Source of the DNA: a virus
Lineage: Duplodnaviria > Caudoviricetes
DNA length: 40,297 nucleotides
Strand: one strand, 5' to 3'
IMG/VR virus record: IMGVR_UViG_3300014208_000016
Location: 1-40,297 of that record
Part shown: positions 9,987-19,436 of the stretch, piece by piece
Position numbering within the stretch: position 1 is the first letter of the stretch
Layout: the number at the start of each line of letters is the position of its first letter
Position numbers and translations under genes: made by a program
Notes under the pieces: generated by a model
What the model was told of the DNA's origin: nothing
What the model saw: only the letters and a program-made list of their open reading frames with translations
The model's database searches: none

Positions 9987-11171
9987 ATGGCTATAAATAT
10001 TTCTCCAGAAGATACAAAGCTATTTGAAAATAATGGATATGATTACAGTAGTGTAAAATCTACTGTTGACCATTATCGGCAACAAGGTCTTTCTGATGAT
10101 GAAATACAAGGCAAGATAGATATTCAATTACAGAATTTTAAACAAATGCCTACTGAAATGATCCCACCTTCTGATACACTAACTTTACAAGGTGGTGTCT
10201 CAAATACTCCTGATGAACAACCTCAAGAAACACTAGGACATAAAGTCGGTAACTTCGCTTTAAATGCTTTACCTGTTGCTGGAGCTATAGGAGGAGGTAT
10301 ACTAGGAGAAGGTGTTGCAAGTTTACCTTTTGCGGCAGGAGGTGCAGCACTTGGGGAATCTGCTAAACAAGGCATTAAAAATTTAATGGGTGAGCAAAAA
10401 GGTATTGATCCATTAAGTATAGCTAGAGAAGCAGGTACTGCATTATTGGGAGAAGGAATAGGTAAAGTAGGAGGATTGGCATACAAAGGTTTAGCTCCTG
10501 CATTTGGGAAAGCTTTAGCAGGAATACCCCAGGAATCATACAGGGGTATATTAAATGCAATAGAGCAAGGTAGAAACCCGTTTACTACGAGTTTGAAAAA
10601 AGCAGGACAAAGTGTAGGGAAGGAAGCTAAAAACTTAGCTAAACTCACAGAGATACCCTTGGATCAAGCTCAAAATATTTTAGAAGAAACTCTTAATAAA
10701 TTTGGTGGTTCAAGAATTAACACGGTAAACTCAAAAACCCAAAAACTTCAAAAAGATATTAATACATTACTAGAGCAATCAGCCTGGGAAACAGGAACAG
10801 TTAATCTTCAAGATATATATAAAATAAAAAAAATGTTACAAGAAGGTTCTAATTATAACAAAATAGATAACAAAGAGATACAGAGATTTATAAAAAACCT
10901 TGCTACTAATTTTAATAAACCATTAAGAGAAGCTTCTCCAGCATACAGCAAGGCCAACCAAACTTATATTGACGCACTTTCAGCTCAACAGTTTAGAAAA
11001 CCAGGTTATATAAGTGGTAATTTATTTAGTTTGCCAACTGAATTAACTGTAAAACAACCTATGTTTCATCAAATCCCACCTAATCTTTATAGGCTTTTAA
11101 GGGGTTCTGGAGTAGGTGGAGGAGCAGGTGCAGGAGTCGGTTCTTTATACAACAACGCACTAGGAGAATAA
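9987..11171 (+). CDS. Internal virion/ejection protein 3
   Basis: Gly/Ala-zipper hydrophobic segment (ALPVAGAIGGGILG...AAGGAALG) followed by a helical region. Confidence 0.55.
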   Translation: MAINISPEDTKLFENNGYDYSSVKSTVDHYRQQGLSDDEIQGKIDIQLQNFKQMPTEMIPPSDTLTLQGGVSNTPDEQPQETLGHKVGNFALNALPVAGAIGGGILGEGVASLPFAAGGAALGESAKQGIKNLMGEQKGIDPLSIAREAGTALLGEGIGKVGGLAYKGLAPAFGKALAGIPQESYRGILNAIEQGRNPFTTSLKKAGQSVGKEAKNLAKLTEIPLDQAQNILEETLNKFGGSRINTVNSKTQKLQKDINTLLEQSAWETGTVNLQDIYKIKKMLQEGSNYNKIDNKEIQRFIKNLATNFNKPLREASPAYSKANQTYIDALSAQQFRKPGYISGNLFSLPTELTVKQPMFHQIPPNLYRLLRGSGVGGGAGAGVGSLYNNALGE

Positions 11172-11172
11172 A

Positions 11173-12519
11173 ATGACAAATTCTTATTGGAGTCCTACAC
11201 CCGTTAATGGATATGGTTATGCGAGTTATAGTCCTAATCCAAGTCCTACTTATAATTATGATCGTACTTATGGTGCTAATGCTGGTGATACTTATTACTA
11301 TAATCCAAGTTTTAACAATACATCTTCTACTCCTAATTATAATTCTAACAGCATCTCTCCAATGGGTTATGCTTCTTTTTCTCAATACGGTGGTTTAAAT
11401 TCAGCAAGTCCATTATTTAATAATTTATCCTCAAACACTTCACTAGGTACTAATCCAGTATTAAACCAAATGTTAGCCGTACAAAAAGCCCAACAATCGA
11501 GTAGTCAACTTGGTGGTAATGTTAGTGATTACTTAATGAGTCCAACTAGTACAGCTAATATATTACAAGATTTTGGCGGTATGCCTATGATGTCTAAATA
11601 TGGTGGTGATTGGCAAAACAAATTAGGGATACACAGCACTATTGATTCGACAAATGGAGGATTATCAGGCATAGCTAATGGCAGAGATATGGTTGGTAGT
11701 GCTGGTGATTCAGCCATGGCTGATATATATGGTAAAAATTGGGTAAATAATTTAGGTATAGACAGTGCCAAACAAATAGCTTCTGATGATGCTCTAATGG
11801 CCAGTAAGTATGGAAGTAAATTCACCAACCCTTTAGCTGGTATTAGTTTAGGAGATTATGGCTTTGGTGGACGTGGAGGTTTTGGAGACGTAGATATACC
11901 TAAAATTGATAGCACCCTCAGTAAAACACTTAGTAATAAAATGGCTCAGAATTATAAAACAACAGGTTTAGCTAGCAGCTTAAATAATAGTGATATCTAT
12001 AACAACTCAAATAATGGTAACGGGATTAACAGTCATAAAACCAGTTCTATTTGGGATAAGATAGGCAGTATATCAGATGTTAATTCTCCATTAGGTAAAA
12101 TAAACCAAGCTTTTAAAAGCCCCTCTGAATTATTAACAAGAGCAGGTACAGCCATGACAGGTGGTAACCCTTTTACATCTATGCAAGACATCAATAAAAG
12201 AATACAAAATCCAGACCTACTAGGTGCTGCCATGATGTCAATGGGAGCAACCGGAGGATTAGGCGAAGGAGGTAATTTCAATAAAGGCTTATCGACAGGT
12301 AGAGAAACTTCACTTGATGCCATACCGCACAGATTAGCTAAATCTCCAGAGAGTGTAACATCAGGGCAAATAGATAATTTCCTATCTGAATACGCTACCC
12401 CAGGAACGGGTAGAAATGCCTTTACGACATCTGCGGTTAAACACTTCTTGAACACGAACCCAACGACAGCAGATAAATTAAACTTTATGATGGAAAATTT
12501 CGTAACAAGAGGGAAATAA
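11173..12519 (+). CDS. Low-complexity S/G/N/Y-rich protein, probable internal virion protein
   Basis: 448-aa ORF with AGGAG RBS, located between ejection and fibre genes. Confidence 0.5.
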   Translation: MTNSYWSPTPVNGYGYASYSPNPSPTYNYDRTYGANAGDTYYYNPSFNNTSSTPNYNSNSISPMGYASFSQYGGLNSASPLFNNLSSNTSLGTNPVLNQMLAVQKAQQSSSQLGGNVSDYLMSPTSTANILQDFGGMPMMSKYGGDWQNKLGIHSTIDSTNGGLSGIANGRDMVGSAGDSAMADIYGKNWVNNLGIDSAKQIASDDALMASKYGSKFTNPLAGISLGDYGFGGRGGFGDVDIPKIDSTLSKTLSNKMAQNYKTTGLASSLNNSDIYNNSNNGNGINSHKTSSIWDKIGSISDVNSPLGKINQAFKSPSELLTRAGTAMTGGNPFTSMQDINKRIQNPDLLGAAMMSMGATGGLGEGGNFNKGLSTGRETSLDAIPHRLAKSPESVTSGQIDNFLSEYATPGTGRNAFTTSAVKHFLNTNPTTADKLNFMMENFVTRGK

Positions 12520-12520
12520 A

Positions 12521-13663
12521 ATGGGTCAATTAAGCGCATATACAAATACATTTGCAGCAGGAACTAAAGCAAAGGCAACAGAAGTTAATACCAACTTTAC
12601 CGAAATAAAAACAGTTCATAATGCTACAGATGCAGAATTACCAACCTATACTAACGGTAGTAGAGTAATAGTATCCAACAGTGGAAAAACTGCCATGGTA
12701 GAAGCTACAGCAACTACTACGGAAGTTAATTATTTAGCTGGTGTAACGTCTGCCGTCCAAACACAGTTTGATGCTATTTCAAGTTCTACTAATATTATCC
12801 TAGGAGATGGTACAGTAAAACCTACGGCTATACTTGAATATGCTTCTGATTTATCAGGTGATATGACAAGCGGAAGTAATGAAATACCTTCAATAAAGTG
12901 GATAGAAGACAATATAATCTTACCTCCTAAATATATCTACGGCTTATCACCATCTAATGGTACTGATAGCAACAACGATATTGATATATCATTAGGTGAA
13001 TGCAAGGATGATACTGGTGTTTCAAGTATTACTCTATCTTCAGCTATAACAAAAAGACTTGATGCCACTTTTTCGGAAGGTACGGGTCAAGGAGGTTTAA
13101 ATACAGGTAGTAAAGCAACTTCAACATGGTATGATCTTTATGCTATTTCTAAAGATAACGGGACGGCAGATGTGATGTTTTCGACTTATGCCGATAGAGA
13201 GACTCTACCAAATGGGTTCACTTATAAACGTTTTTTAGGTATGGCCGTCCTGACTGACTCAAGTGGAAATATTAGATTATTTAAAGCTTATCGGACGAAT
13301 GATGGCACTTTGAATTATAAATGGTACTATTCTTCAGATACACAAGGGGAAACCGAATTAGATGTAGCAGTAGACGTTACTAAAACCAATTTAACCATAA
13401 AAGTCCCTACAGGTAGAATCTATGAACCAATGTTAACAGTTGATATAAATAATTCAAATGCAAATACTTTTTTAAGATTATATGATTTAAATACAAATAG
13501 TTATTTCGAAACAAACTCATCACCTCAAGGCAGTGACATTATATCTAACATATATAGCGACACAAGTTCACGGGTAGCTTATTTAGTTTCAGCATCTTAC
13601 GGATGGGGTGCTGGTTCAGGGGCAAGAATCAGAAATTTAGGGTATAAATTAATAATTGAATAA
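12521..13663 (+). CDS. Tail fibre/spike protein
   Basis: F.AGTKAKATEVN.NF anchor, TEVNYLAGVTSAVQTQFD repeat, YIYGL...TWYDLYAI domain. Confidence 0.75.
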   Translation: MGQLSAYTNTFAAGTKAKATEVNTNFTEIKTVHNATDAELPTYTNGSRVIVSNSGKTAMVEATATTTEVNYLAGVTSAVQTQFDAISSSTNIILGDGTVKPTAILEYASDLSGDMTSGSNEIPSIKWIEDNIILPPKYIYGLSPSNGTDSNNDIDISLGECKDDTGVSSITLSSAITKRLDATFSEGTGQGGLNTGSKATSTWYDLYAISKDNGTADVMFSTYADRETLPNGFTYKRFLGMAVLTDSSGNIRLFKAYRTNDGTLNYKWYYSSDTQGETELDVAVDVTKTNLTIKVPTGRIYEPMLTVDINNSNANTFLRLYDLNTNSYFETNSSPQGSDIISNIYSDTSSRVAYLVSASYGWGAGSGARIRNLGYKLIIE

Positions 13664-13679
13664 ATAACAGGAGTATAAA

Positions 13680-14000
13680 ATGGCAAATAGAAAACAAATA
13701 GAAGAAGCTATCTATTTTATAGATGCACAGGAAAAAGAAGAAATAACAATAGGAAGTTCAGCTAGCACATTAACTTCTGCGGTGTATGGAACTTTAACAA
13801 GGGCTTTAATACAAGCCCAAGATGCTAATGTTAGATTTTGGACAACAGGAGATACTCCAACCACATCTAGTGGTTATATTTTGTACAAAGGAGATTTCTT
13901 GGAATTAAACAGTACTGCTGAATTGGCAAACTTTAAAGCGATAAGAGACGATAATACTAATGCTGTATTAGCGGTTAGTTATTTCAAAAAACCCGTATAA
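13680..14000 (+). CDS. Small tail-associated structural protein
   Basis: 106 aa; VRFWTTGDTPTTSSG motif common in phage virion proteins. Confidence 0.55.
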   Translation: MANRKQIEEAIYFIDAQEKEEITIGSSASTLTSAVYGTLTRALIQAQDANVRFWTTGDTPTTSSGYILYKGDFLELNSTAELANFKAIRDDNTNAVLAVSYFKKPV

Positions 14001-14010
14001 GGAGTAAATT

Positions 14011-15891
14011 ATGAAACCATATGGCAAACGTGACCCTAATGCAATACATATAGATACGGCAGGAGAAATAAATCAAATTACCGAAAAAGAGACTCCCGCT
14101 GATGCAGATTGGATTATAATAGAAGATTCAGCGGATAACAACAACAAAAAGAAAATGCAGATAGGAAGTATCGTAACTACAGTAGTTACTGATGGCACAT
14201 TGACTGGTACTGGTGTATTAGGTGATGTATTAAGTGTTAATGTAGGTTCAACTGCTGGCTCTATTTGTGCTGGTGATGATAGTAGGCTAAGTGATGCAAG
14301 AACTCCAATTAGCCATAACAATACATATCATACTGCAACTTATATAACTAATGCTGGTGTTACTTATGAAGCGTTGAGTTCCAATGGAGATATAGGAAGC
14401 TCTACAGGAACAGTTTGTGCGGGAGACGACTCCAGATTGAGCGACGCTAGGACTCCTATAAGCCATAATAACACTTATCATAGTTCTGTATTTATTACTA
14501 GTACAGGGGTTACCTACGAGGTTTTAAATGCAAACGGAGATATTGGAAGCTCAACAGGGACTTTATGCGCAGGAGATGATAGTAGATTAAGTGATAATAG
14601 AACTGACGATACGGCAATACATGATAATATTGCTGGAGAAATAGCAGCTATAGATGAAAAAAATACTCCATCCGTAAGCGATTGGATTATTATTGAAGAT
14701 AGTGCAGATACTAATAAAAAGAAAAAGGTACAAGCAGGAAACTTACCTAACGCTGGAGGTGGTGAAATAAATACAGCCTCAAATGTAGGTTCAACTGGCA
14801 CAGGTATTTTTAAACAAAAAGCTACTTATGACTTAGAATTTTATAAATTAAACTCTCTTAGCGACATTTTATCTATTGCCTTAGATGGTACTGATAAGAT
14901 AGATTTTGACGTGACAGAATCAAATATAGATTTAAGTCTTTGCGATAATGTCACATCTGCTTTCATAACAGCCTCAGCTATCACTAGAGACAATTTAAAC
15001 GCAAATGGTGATGTTGGTATAGCAAATAATAATATCGTTGAAATAAACAGTACTGGAGTAGCTGACAATGATTATGCTAAATTTACTGCAAGTGGATTAG
15101 AGGGTAGAAGTTATTCAGAAGTTAAACAAGATTTATCACTTGATAGTGTAGAAAATACTGCTTTAAGTACATGGGCTGGTACTGCCAACATAGTAACAGT
15201 TGGGACTATTGGAACTGGTACTTGGCAAGGGACTACAATAGACCATGAGCGTGGTGGACTTGAAGCTGATGTATCAGCTTACTCTGGACTACTTAAAGTA
15301 TCAGGTGGTGCAACATCATCCATAACAGACAATTCTACACAATGGGATACAGCATTTTCATGGGGAGACCATTCGGCACAGAATTATTTTGATATAGATA
15401 CAGATACGCTAGACGATATACCAAATGGTACAACATATAAACTTCTGACTGCTATTAAAGACGGGTATATAGATCAAGATGTATCCAGTACATCCTCCCC
15501 CGTTTTCTCTGCGGTTAATTTTACAAATATGCCAATAGAAATAGGTATAGCATGTTCTGATGAAACTACAGCCCTATCTACTGGTGGTGCTAAGGCTACA
15601 TTCAGAATGCCTTGTGCTATGACTTTAACAAGTGTCAGAGCTAATGTTGCAACTGCTCCTACGGAATCGGCTATTATTGTAGATATCAATGAAAATGGTT
15701 CAACTATAATGACAACAAACAAGTTAAGTATAGACGCAACTGAAAAAACAAGCACAACAGCAGAAACTCCAGCAGGAATAACTGATACTGCACTAGCTGA
15801 CGATGCCGAAATAACTATCGATATTACTCAGGTTGGAAGTAGCGGAGCTGGCGCAGGTCTTAAAGTTTGGTTGATAGGAACGAGGTCTTAA
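14011..15891 (+). CDS. Long tail fibre protein with internal repeats
   Basis: Three CAGDDSRLSD repeats at 50-aa spacing, two WIIIEDSAD modules, C-terminal GAGLKVWLIG domain. Confidence 0.8.
   Translation: MKPYGKRDPNAIHIDTAGEINQITEKETPADADWIIIEDSADNNNKKKMQIGSIVTTVVTDGTLTGTGVLGDVLSVNVGSTAGSICAGDDSRLSDARTPISHNNTYHTATYITNAGVTYEALSSNGDIGSSTGTVCAGDDSRLSDARTPISHNNTYHSSVFITSTGVTYEVLNANGDIGSSTGTLCAGDDSRLSDNRTDDTAIHDNIAGEIAAIDEKNTPSVSDWIIIEDSADTNKKKKVQAGNLPNAGGGEINTASNVGSTGTGIFKQKATYDLEFYKLNSLSDILSIALDGTDKIDFDVTESNIDLSLCDNVTSAFITASAITRDNLNANGDVGIANNNIVEINSTGVADNDYAKFTASGLEGRSYSEVKQDLSLDSVENTALSTWAGTANIVTVGTIGTGTWQGTTIDHERGGLEADVSAYSGLLKVSGGATSSITDNSTQWDTAFSWGDHSAQNYFDIDTDTLDDIPNGTTYKLLTAIKDGYIDQDVSSTSSPVFSAVNFTNMPIEIGIACSDETTALSTGGAKATFRMPCAMTLTSVRANVATAPTESAIIVDINENGSTIMTTNKLSIDATEKTSTTAETPAGITDTALADDAEITIDITQVGSSGAGAGLKVWLIGTRS
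14245..14595 (+). repeat. About 2.3 copies of a 150-bp (50-aa) coding repeat
   Basis: CAGDDSRLSD starts at 14266, 14416 and 14566. Confidence 0.85.
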
Positions 15892-15892
15892 C

Positions 15893-16636
15893 ATGTCATT
15901 TATAATAAATTCTTTTGTTTTTTCTACAACTCAATTAATAAGAGATCAACTAACTTCTCCTGATAATCTTATTGCGCTTTGGTTCTTTAACACACTGAGT
16001 GGGACATCGGTAATAGATCAGTCTGGGAATGGGCATACAATGACGATGAGTGCAAATATAAGCACAATGACACCAACTGGAAGAAGTATTACTTTCAGTG
16101 GTTCTGAATATTGGACTGTAGAAGATAAAGCTGATCTTAGTTTTGGTAATGGAACTGCAGACGGCAGTTTTAGTATCATGGTTTACGGAAAACCTACCTT
16201 TGACACCACATTTAGATATGATTTGTATAAAGGCGAAGCTTATCCTAATTATGAATATCTTTTATATCAACGTGATAGCGATGTTTTGACGTTGTCATTA
16301 TGGGATGCTAGTGCTTCGGCTTATCGAAATGCGCTCAGTTCCGTACAAAGCACACCAGTGAATAATACTTTGTATACAGGTACTTATAACGGTAATGAAG
16401 CAAACCCATTAGCTGGTCTTAATATTTATAAAGATACCAGTAATATAAATAATTCTACTGCGGAAACTGGAAGTTATACGTCTATGGAAAATTTAAGCGT
16501 AGGTCTTATATCTGGGAATAACGAACATTCTGGTTTAATAAAAGGGTCTAGGAGTGTTATAGGGATAATTTCAGAAGAGCTAGATGTTACCCAGATTGGA
16601 AATATTAAAACCATACTAAGTAATAACTTTGATTAA
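15893..16636 (+). CDS. LamG/concanavalin-like receptor-binding protein
   Basis: LIALWFFN..GTSVIDQSGNGH and DLSFGNG..D.SFSI motifs; follows the fibre. Confidence 0.65.
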   Translation: MSFIINSFVFSTTQLIRDQLTSPDNLIALWFFNTLSGTSVIDQSGNGHTMTMSANISTMTPTGRSITFSGSEYWTVEDKADLSFGNGTADGSFSIMVYGKPTFDTTFRYDLYKGEAYPNYEYLLYQRDSDVLTLSLWDASASAYRNALSSVQSTPVNNTLYTGTYNGNEANPLAGLNIYKDTSNINNSTAETGSYTSMENLSVGLISGNNEHSGLIKGSRSVIGIISEELDVTQIGNIKTILSNNFD

Positions 16637-16647
16637 GGAAACTAAAT

Positions 16648-16836
16648 ATGGAAGAATTAATACATAGAATAGATAAAAACGTAAGTGTTTTAATATCAAA
16701 ACAAGAAGATATTATTAAGATTATTGAAAAACATGAAAATAAAATTCAATCATTAGAACAAACCAAGTTCATTGTTTATGGAGTTTGTATAGCAGCATCA
16801 GGTATTTTTTCCATCATTATGAGAATATTTATGTAG
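16648..16836 (+). CDS. Putative holin (coiled coil plus single C-terminal TM)
   Basis: 62 aa with hydrophobic C-terminus, directly upstream of the endolysin. Confidence 0.55.
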   Translation: MEELIHRIDKNVSVLISKQEDIIKIIEKHENKIQSLEQTKFIVYGVCIAASGIFSIIMRIFM

Positions 16837-16855
16837 TCTTAATAGGAATATTATC

Positions 16856-17314
16856 ATGACTTATTTAGAGTATTTAAAGAAAGCAAAAAATATTTATCTA
16901 AGTAAACACTTTACTTTGTATGATATCGCCCATTCTAACACTGCTATTAAAAAAGGGATAAATAATATTCCAAATTCTGAATATATTAAAAATGCAGGGT
17001 TATTGATAAAAAACTTGTTAGAACCTATTGTTGTCCATTTTAAGAAGATTCCAGATATCTCATGTATGTTTCGTTGTAAACAATTAAACGAATCGCTTCC
17101 TGGGCATTCTGATACGTCTCAACATTTATTTGGACAAGCCGTTGATTTTTCTATAGTAGGAATAAAATTACAAAATATATTTGATTATATCAAAAACAAT
17201 CTTGACTTTGATCAATTAATTATAGAAGACGGTTGGATTCATGTTTCTTGCACCAATAAAAAAAACAGAAAACAATGTTTAAGAAATGTAAATGGGAAAT
17301 ATATTAAAGCTTGA
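16856..17314 (+). CDS. Endolysin, peptidase M15A family
   Basis: HFTL, FRC..LN, SQHLFGQAVD, FDQLI.E..WIHVS motifs. Confidence 0.85.
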   Translation: MTYLEYLKKAKNIYLSKHFTLYDIAHSNTAIKKGINNIPNSEYIKNAGLLIKNLLEPIVVHFKKIPDISCMFRCKQLNESLPGHSDTSQHLFGQAVDFSIVGIKLQNIFDYIKNNLDFDQLIIEDGWIHVSCTNKKNRKQCLRNVNGKYIKA

Positions 17315-17339
17315 CTTTATTTTAATTTAATCGCATAAT
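17311..17339 (+). promoter_or_regulatory. sigma70-type promoter with overlapping inverted repeat
   Basis: TTGACT-17 nt-CATAAT; TGACTTTATT (17312-17321) and AATAAAGTCA (17337-17346) are a 10-bp inverted repeat. Confidence 0.6.
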
Positions 17340-17369
17340 AAAGTCATACCAACTTACCAATTCCCCGTT

Positions 17370-17397
17370 TAGCAGGCTTTAGTCCTGCTATTTCTTT
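17370..17397 (+). terminator. Intrinsic terminator (end of late operon, or of a short leader/sRNA)
   Basis: TAGCAGG/CCTGCTA stem followed by TTTCTTT. Confidence 0.7.
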
Positions 17398-17417
17398 ATA
17401 CAAAAAAGGAGGATATA

Positions 17418-18350
17418 ATGGAACTTAAAGAGCGATTTCGTAAATGGTGGATTAAGAGCGATAGACCAGGAAGAGGCAAGTGTCTTGAAGAATTTAAGAA
17501 TCTAAGTGCCTGGCAAGTACAAGGATATTTAAGAGAATTTAGGACAACTGAACCATTAGCCGAGTTGAAAACAGATAAAGAAGATTTATTCAAGAGAGAT
17601 AATGAAATAACAAACGACTGGAATGGAGAAACATTAATAAGATTTGGCATTGTCTCGGATACTCATCTTTGCAATAAAGACCAGCAATTAACATTTTTGA
17701 ATAAACTCTATGATATATTCAAAGAGCAAGGGCTAGACAAGGTCTATCATGCTGGAGATATAACGGATGGTTATTACAGAAATAGACCTGGCCATATATA
17801 TGAATTAATACCTGGTTGTATAGGCGCAGATGAGCAAACGGAATATGTAGTTAAGTCTTATCCTCAACGAGAAGGTATTGAGACTTATTTTATAGATGGC
17901 AATCATGATCAAACTCATATCGTAAACGGTGGCACTAATATAAGTAAAAAAATAGCATCAGAAAGACCTGATATGAAATATTTAGGTTGTTCTAATGCTA
18001 GGGTATATTTGACTCCTAATTGCACTATGGAACTTAACCATCCCCTCGATGGAGCTAGTTATGCTTTAAGCTATTCTACTCAGAAATATATAGATTCGAT
18101 GAGTGGAGGAGAAAAACCAAATATCCTAATTAATGGTCACCATCACAAAGCTATGTATTTATTTTATCGAAATATACATGCCCTAGAGGCAGGGACGGTA
18201 TGCGCTCAGACTCCGTGGATGAGAGGAAAAAGAATAGCAGCTCATGTTGGAGGATGGATAATAACGTTATGGGTTGATAAAGACGGAACGATAACAAAAT
18301 TTATTCCTGAATTTATACCTCAATATACAAGCAAAAAGGATGATTATTAA
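17418..18350 (+). CDS. Calcineurin-like metallophosphoesterase
   Basis: SDTH, AGDITDG, GNHD, NHP and GHHH motifs in canonical order; AGGAGG RBS. Confidence 0.85.
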   Translation: MELKERFRKWWIKSDRPGRGKCLEEFKNLSAWQVQGYLREFRTTEPLAELKTDKEDLFKRDNEITNDWNGETLIRFGIVSDTHLCNKDQQLTFLNKLYDIFKEQGLDKVYHAGDITDGYYRNRPGHIYELIPGCIGADEQTEYVVKSYPQREGIETYFIDGNHDQTHIVNGGTNISKKIASERPDMKYLGCSNARVYLTPNCTMELNHPLDGASYALSYSTQKYIDSMSGGEKPNILINGHHHKAMYLFYRNIHALEAGTVCAQTPWMRGKRIAAHVGGWIITLWVDKDGTITKFIPEFIPQYTSKKDDY

Positions 18351-18532
18351 TGTACATCAACGATAAAAATAATCCAAGTATTTCGGAAGATGAACAATGT
18401 TATGATTGCCTAGAGCAACCTAACTGTCCATTACATCAATTATTGTATCATGGTTATCTCTTAATAGAAGATGATTTTTGGATAACTAAGTGTCCTTTTT
18501 ATAAAAAAACACATCTTCATGTGGTAAAATAA
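18350..18532 (+). CDS. Small Cys-rich protein
   Basis: 60 aa, CYDC..C...CPFY; TAATG-coupled to the phosphoesterase. Confidence 0.6.
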   Translation: MYINDKNNPSISEDEQCYDCLEQPNCPLHQLLYHGYLLIEDDFWITKCPFYKKTHLHVVK

Positions 18533-18542
18533 ATATCTAAAT

Positions 18543-18565
18543 AAAAAGATGCCCATCAGGGCATC
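18543..18565 (-). terminator. Intrinsic terminator of the leftward early arm
   Basis: GATGCCC/GGGCATC stem plus T5 on the - strand. Confidence 0.75.
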
Positions 18566-18599
18566 ATATCGCTCCTTTTGGAGCTTCCTCCTCTTTTAT

Positions 18600-18632
18600 A
18601 GACTGGCCTATTAATTTAGAGCCAGTCTTTTT
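18600..18632 (+). terminator. Intrinsic terminator of the phosphoesterase operon
   Basis: AGACTGGC/GCCAGTCT stem plus T run. Confidence 0.7.
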
Positions 18633-19249
18633 CATATCAACTCCAATACATCTTTGGCTTTGATGATTATTGATAGTACATCATGCGCATCTATCTTATC
18701 CGCAATTTTATTTAAATATTTTGAAATTTTTCTGCTATCAGATTTAAACCCTAGTTGTTCATTCAAATCTTTGTGAGTATAATATCCATTCTTATACGAA
18801 AATTCATATATTGCTTTTAGTATTTTTATTTCCATGGGAGTTAATTCACAAATATCCACCTTATAAAATCCTTTCATCTTTCCGCTTCTTATCTTAAATA
18901 CAGTACGGCTAGACACCCCGTATCTTATGGCTAATTGTTTAACTGTTAAGCAGTCCTTGTTCTCTCTTATTTTTTCATGTTGTTCTTTTGTTAATCTATT
19001 GCCAGAGTCTTTCCCTGAATTAAATATGCACCCACTGCCAAATTTAGAGTTAAAATCAGCTTGAATTATTCGATCTAATACCTTGACACTAACTTTAACG
19101 TCTTCCGAGATGCTTATTAGGCTTTCAGCCTTGGCACGTTCTATTATTTTTGATCTTTGTTCTTTATTTGGCCATTTATAGCCTGGATGGCCTTTGTATC
19201 TCAATTTATCGCATTTTGAATTACCAAAATAAAAATATCTATCTTCCAT
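18632..19249 (-). CDS. Multi-HTH regulator with C-terminal LuxR/GerE-like domain
   Basis: TVKQLAIRYGVSSRTVFKIRSG HTH; LTPMEIKILK...ISKYLNKIADKI LuxR-like region. Confidence 0.65.
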   Translation of the reverse strand: MEDRYFYFGNSKCDKLRYKGHPGYKWPNKEQRSKIIERAKAESLISISEDVKVSVKVLDRIIQADFNSKFGSGCIFNSGKDSGNRLTKEQHEKIRENKDCLTVKQLAIRYGVSSRTVFKIRSGKMKGFYKVDICELTPMEIKILKAIYEFSYKNGYYTHKDLNEQLGFKSDSRKISKYLNKIADKIDAHDVLSIIIKAKDVLELI

Positions 19250-19260
19250 TTTTTACCTCT

Positions 19261-19284
19261 AAAAAAAAGGGCGGAATACCGCCC
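19261..19284 (-). terminator. Intrinsic terminator
   Basis: GGGCGG-tatt-CCGCCC plus T8. Confidence 0.8.
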
Positions 19285-19436
19285 ATTAGTATGCTACAAA
19301 ATAAAGAGTTTATCTTTTCTGCAAAGAGATATGCCGGCATGTCACGCGGGATGTAAATTTAAATCATCTATATTTAAAAATTCATCCATCACATCTTTCT
19401 CCTTTCTTTTTTGTCTACTATGTTCCCGTATCGTTT

